From Octopus sinensis (lineage: Eukaryota), in contig NC_043001.1 of NCBI RefSeq assembly GCF_006345805.1, forward strand, positions 15,748,001 through 15,812,000: DNA of 64,000 bases, read 5' to 3'. Below the pieces are notes generated by a model. It had not been told where the DNA came from and ran no database searches. It saw only the letters and a list, made by a program, of their open reading frames with translations. The position numbers were made by a program, and so were the translations under genes. Of this stretch, positions 63,283 to 64,000 are shown one piece after another (within the stretch, counting starts at the first letter, position 1; every line of letters starts with the position of its first letter).

Positions 63283-63656
63283 AAAACACCGAAAACACCA
63301 TATCCGAGCGTGGCCGTCTGCCAGCCTCGTCTGGCACCTGTGTCGGTGGCACATAAAAAAAACACCATCCGAGCGTGGACGTCTGCCAGCCTCGTCTGGC
63401 ACCTGTGTCGGTGGCACATAAAAAAACCATCCGAGCGTGGCCGTCTGCCAGCCTCGTCTGGCACCTGTGTCGGTGGCACATAAAATCACCCACTACAATC
63501 ACAGGGTGGTTGGTGTTAGGAAGGGCATCCAGCTGTAGAAACACTGCCAGATCTGACTGGCCTGGTGTAGCCTTCGGGCTTGCCAGACCCCAGTTGAACC
63601 GTCCAACCCATGCTAGCATGGAAAGCGGACGTTAAACGATGATGATGATGATGATG
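63283..63656 (+). mobile_element. Young RTE 3' UTR with three ~62-65-bp units
   Basis: ggtggcacataaaa at 63345, 63410 and 63472; tail nearly identical to 54360-54538. Confidence 0.9.
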
Positions 63657-63669
63657 AACGCCATGTTGA

Positions 63670-63853
63670 ATCGTTAGCTCCTGCACGCATTTTTCTCTCT
63701 CCTTGTTTCTTTTCTGTGTATCTTTCTGTTGAAGAGCGTAGGCTCGAAACGTAAAAGACTTGTTCTATTTCTATTCCTGAGCGCCATACTAATACAATTG
63801 TTTGTTTGTACTCCACCAGCCTTCGTTTTTGTTTATTTTCGTAAACCTTCCCG
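63670..63853 (+). mobile_element. Short Penelope-like element with minimal hammerhead-like motif (63721-63758)
   Basis: tcttt-CTGTTGA-a-gagc-gtag-gctc-GAAA-cgt-a-aaaga. Confidence 0.65.
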
Positions 63854-64000
63854 TTATATATATATGTGCTGTTGTTGTATTTAGGAATGGTCATGTTGTC
63901 AGTTTAGCCAATAACAGCACATGCACTATATATTTGGAGTTAATTTGCTTCAGCTTGATTTATTTATTACATTAATCTTAATCTTATTTCGGCCAGAGTT

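Overview
AT-rich, repeat-saturated eukaryotic genomic DNA. The repeat families look octopod cephalopod (inferred from recall, not searched). Most of the window is tRNA-derived SINEs (about five families), 5'-truncated RTE LINE tails ending in (GAT)n, small DNA-transposon relics (mariner, Tc1/maT-like, hAT, piggyBac-like, pogo-like, Helitron, Helentron/HINE), short Penelope-like elements in (TA)n tracts, and microsatellites. There is one 100-N gap (23563-23662). Almost all listed ORFs are microsatellite or repeat artefacts. Real coding signal is limited to transposon relics and two phase-compatible minus-strand exon candidates (61318-61394 with an ATG, and 32757-32888) of an unidentified long-intron gene. 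The most unusual structures are: hammerhead-ribozyme-like motifs in the Penelope-like elements (an inverted pair, and a variant core with U at position 6 in two copies); long fold-back palindromes; a perfect 16-bp inverted repeat bracketing the ATG exon; SINE multimers sharing one junction; and an RTE 3' UTR carrying a variable 62-bp hairpin array. No CRISPR array, rRNA or intact tRNA gene is supported.
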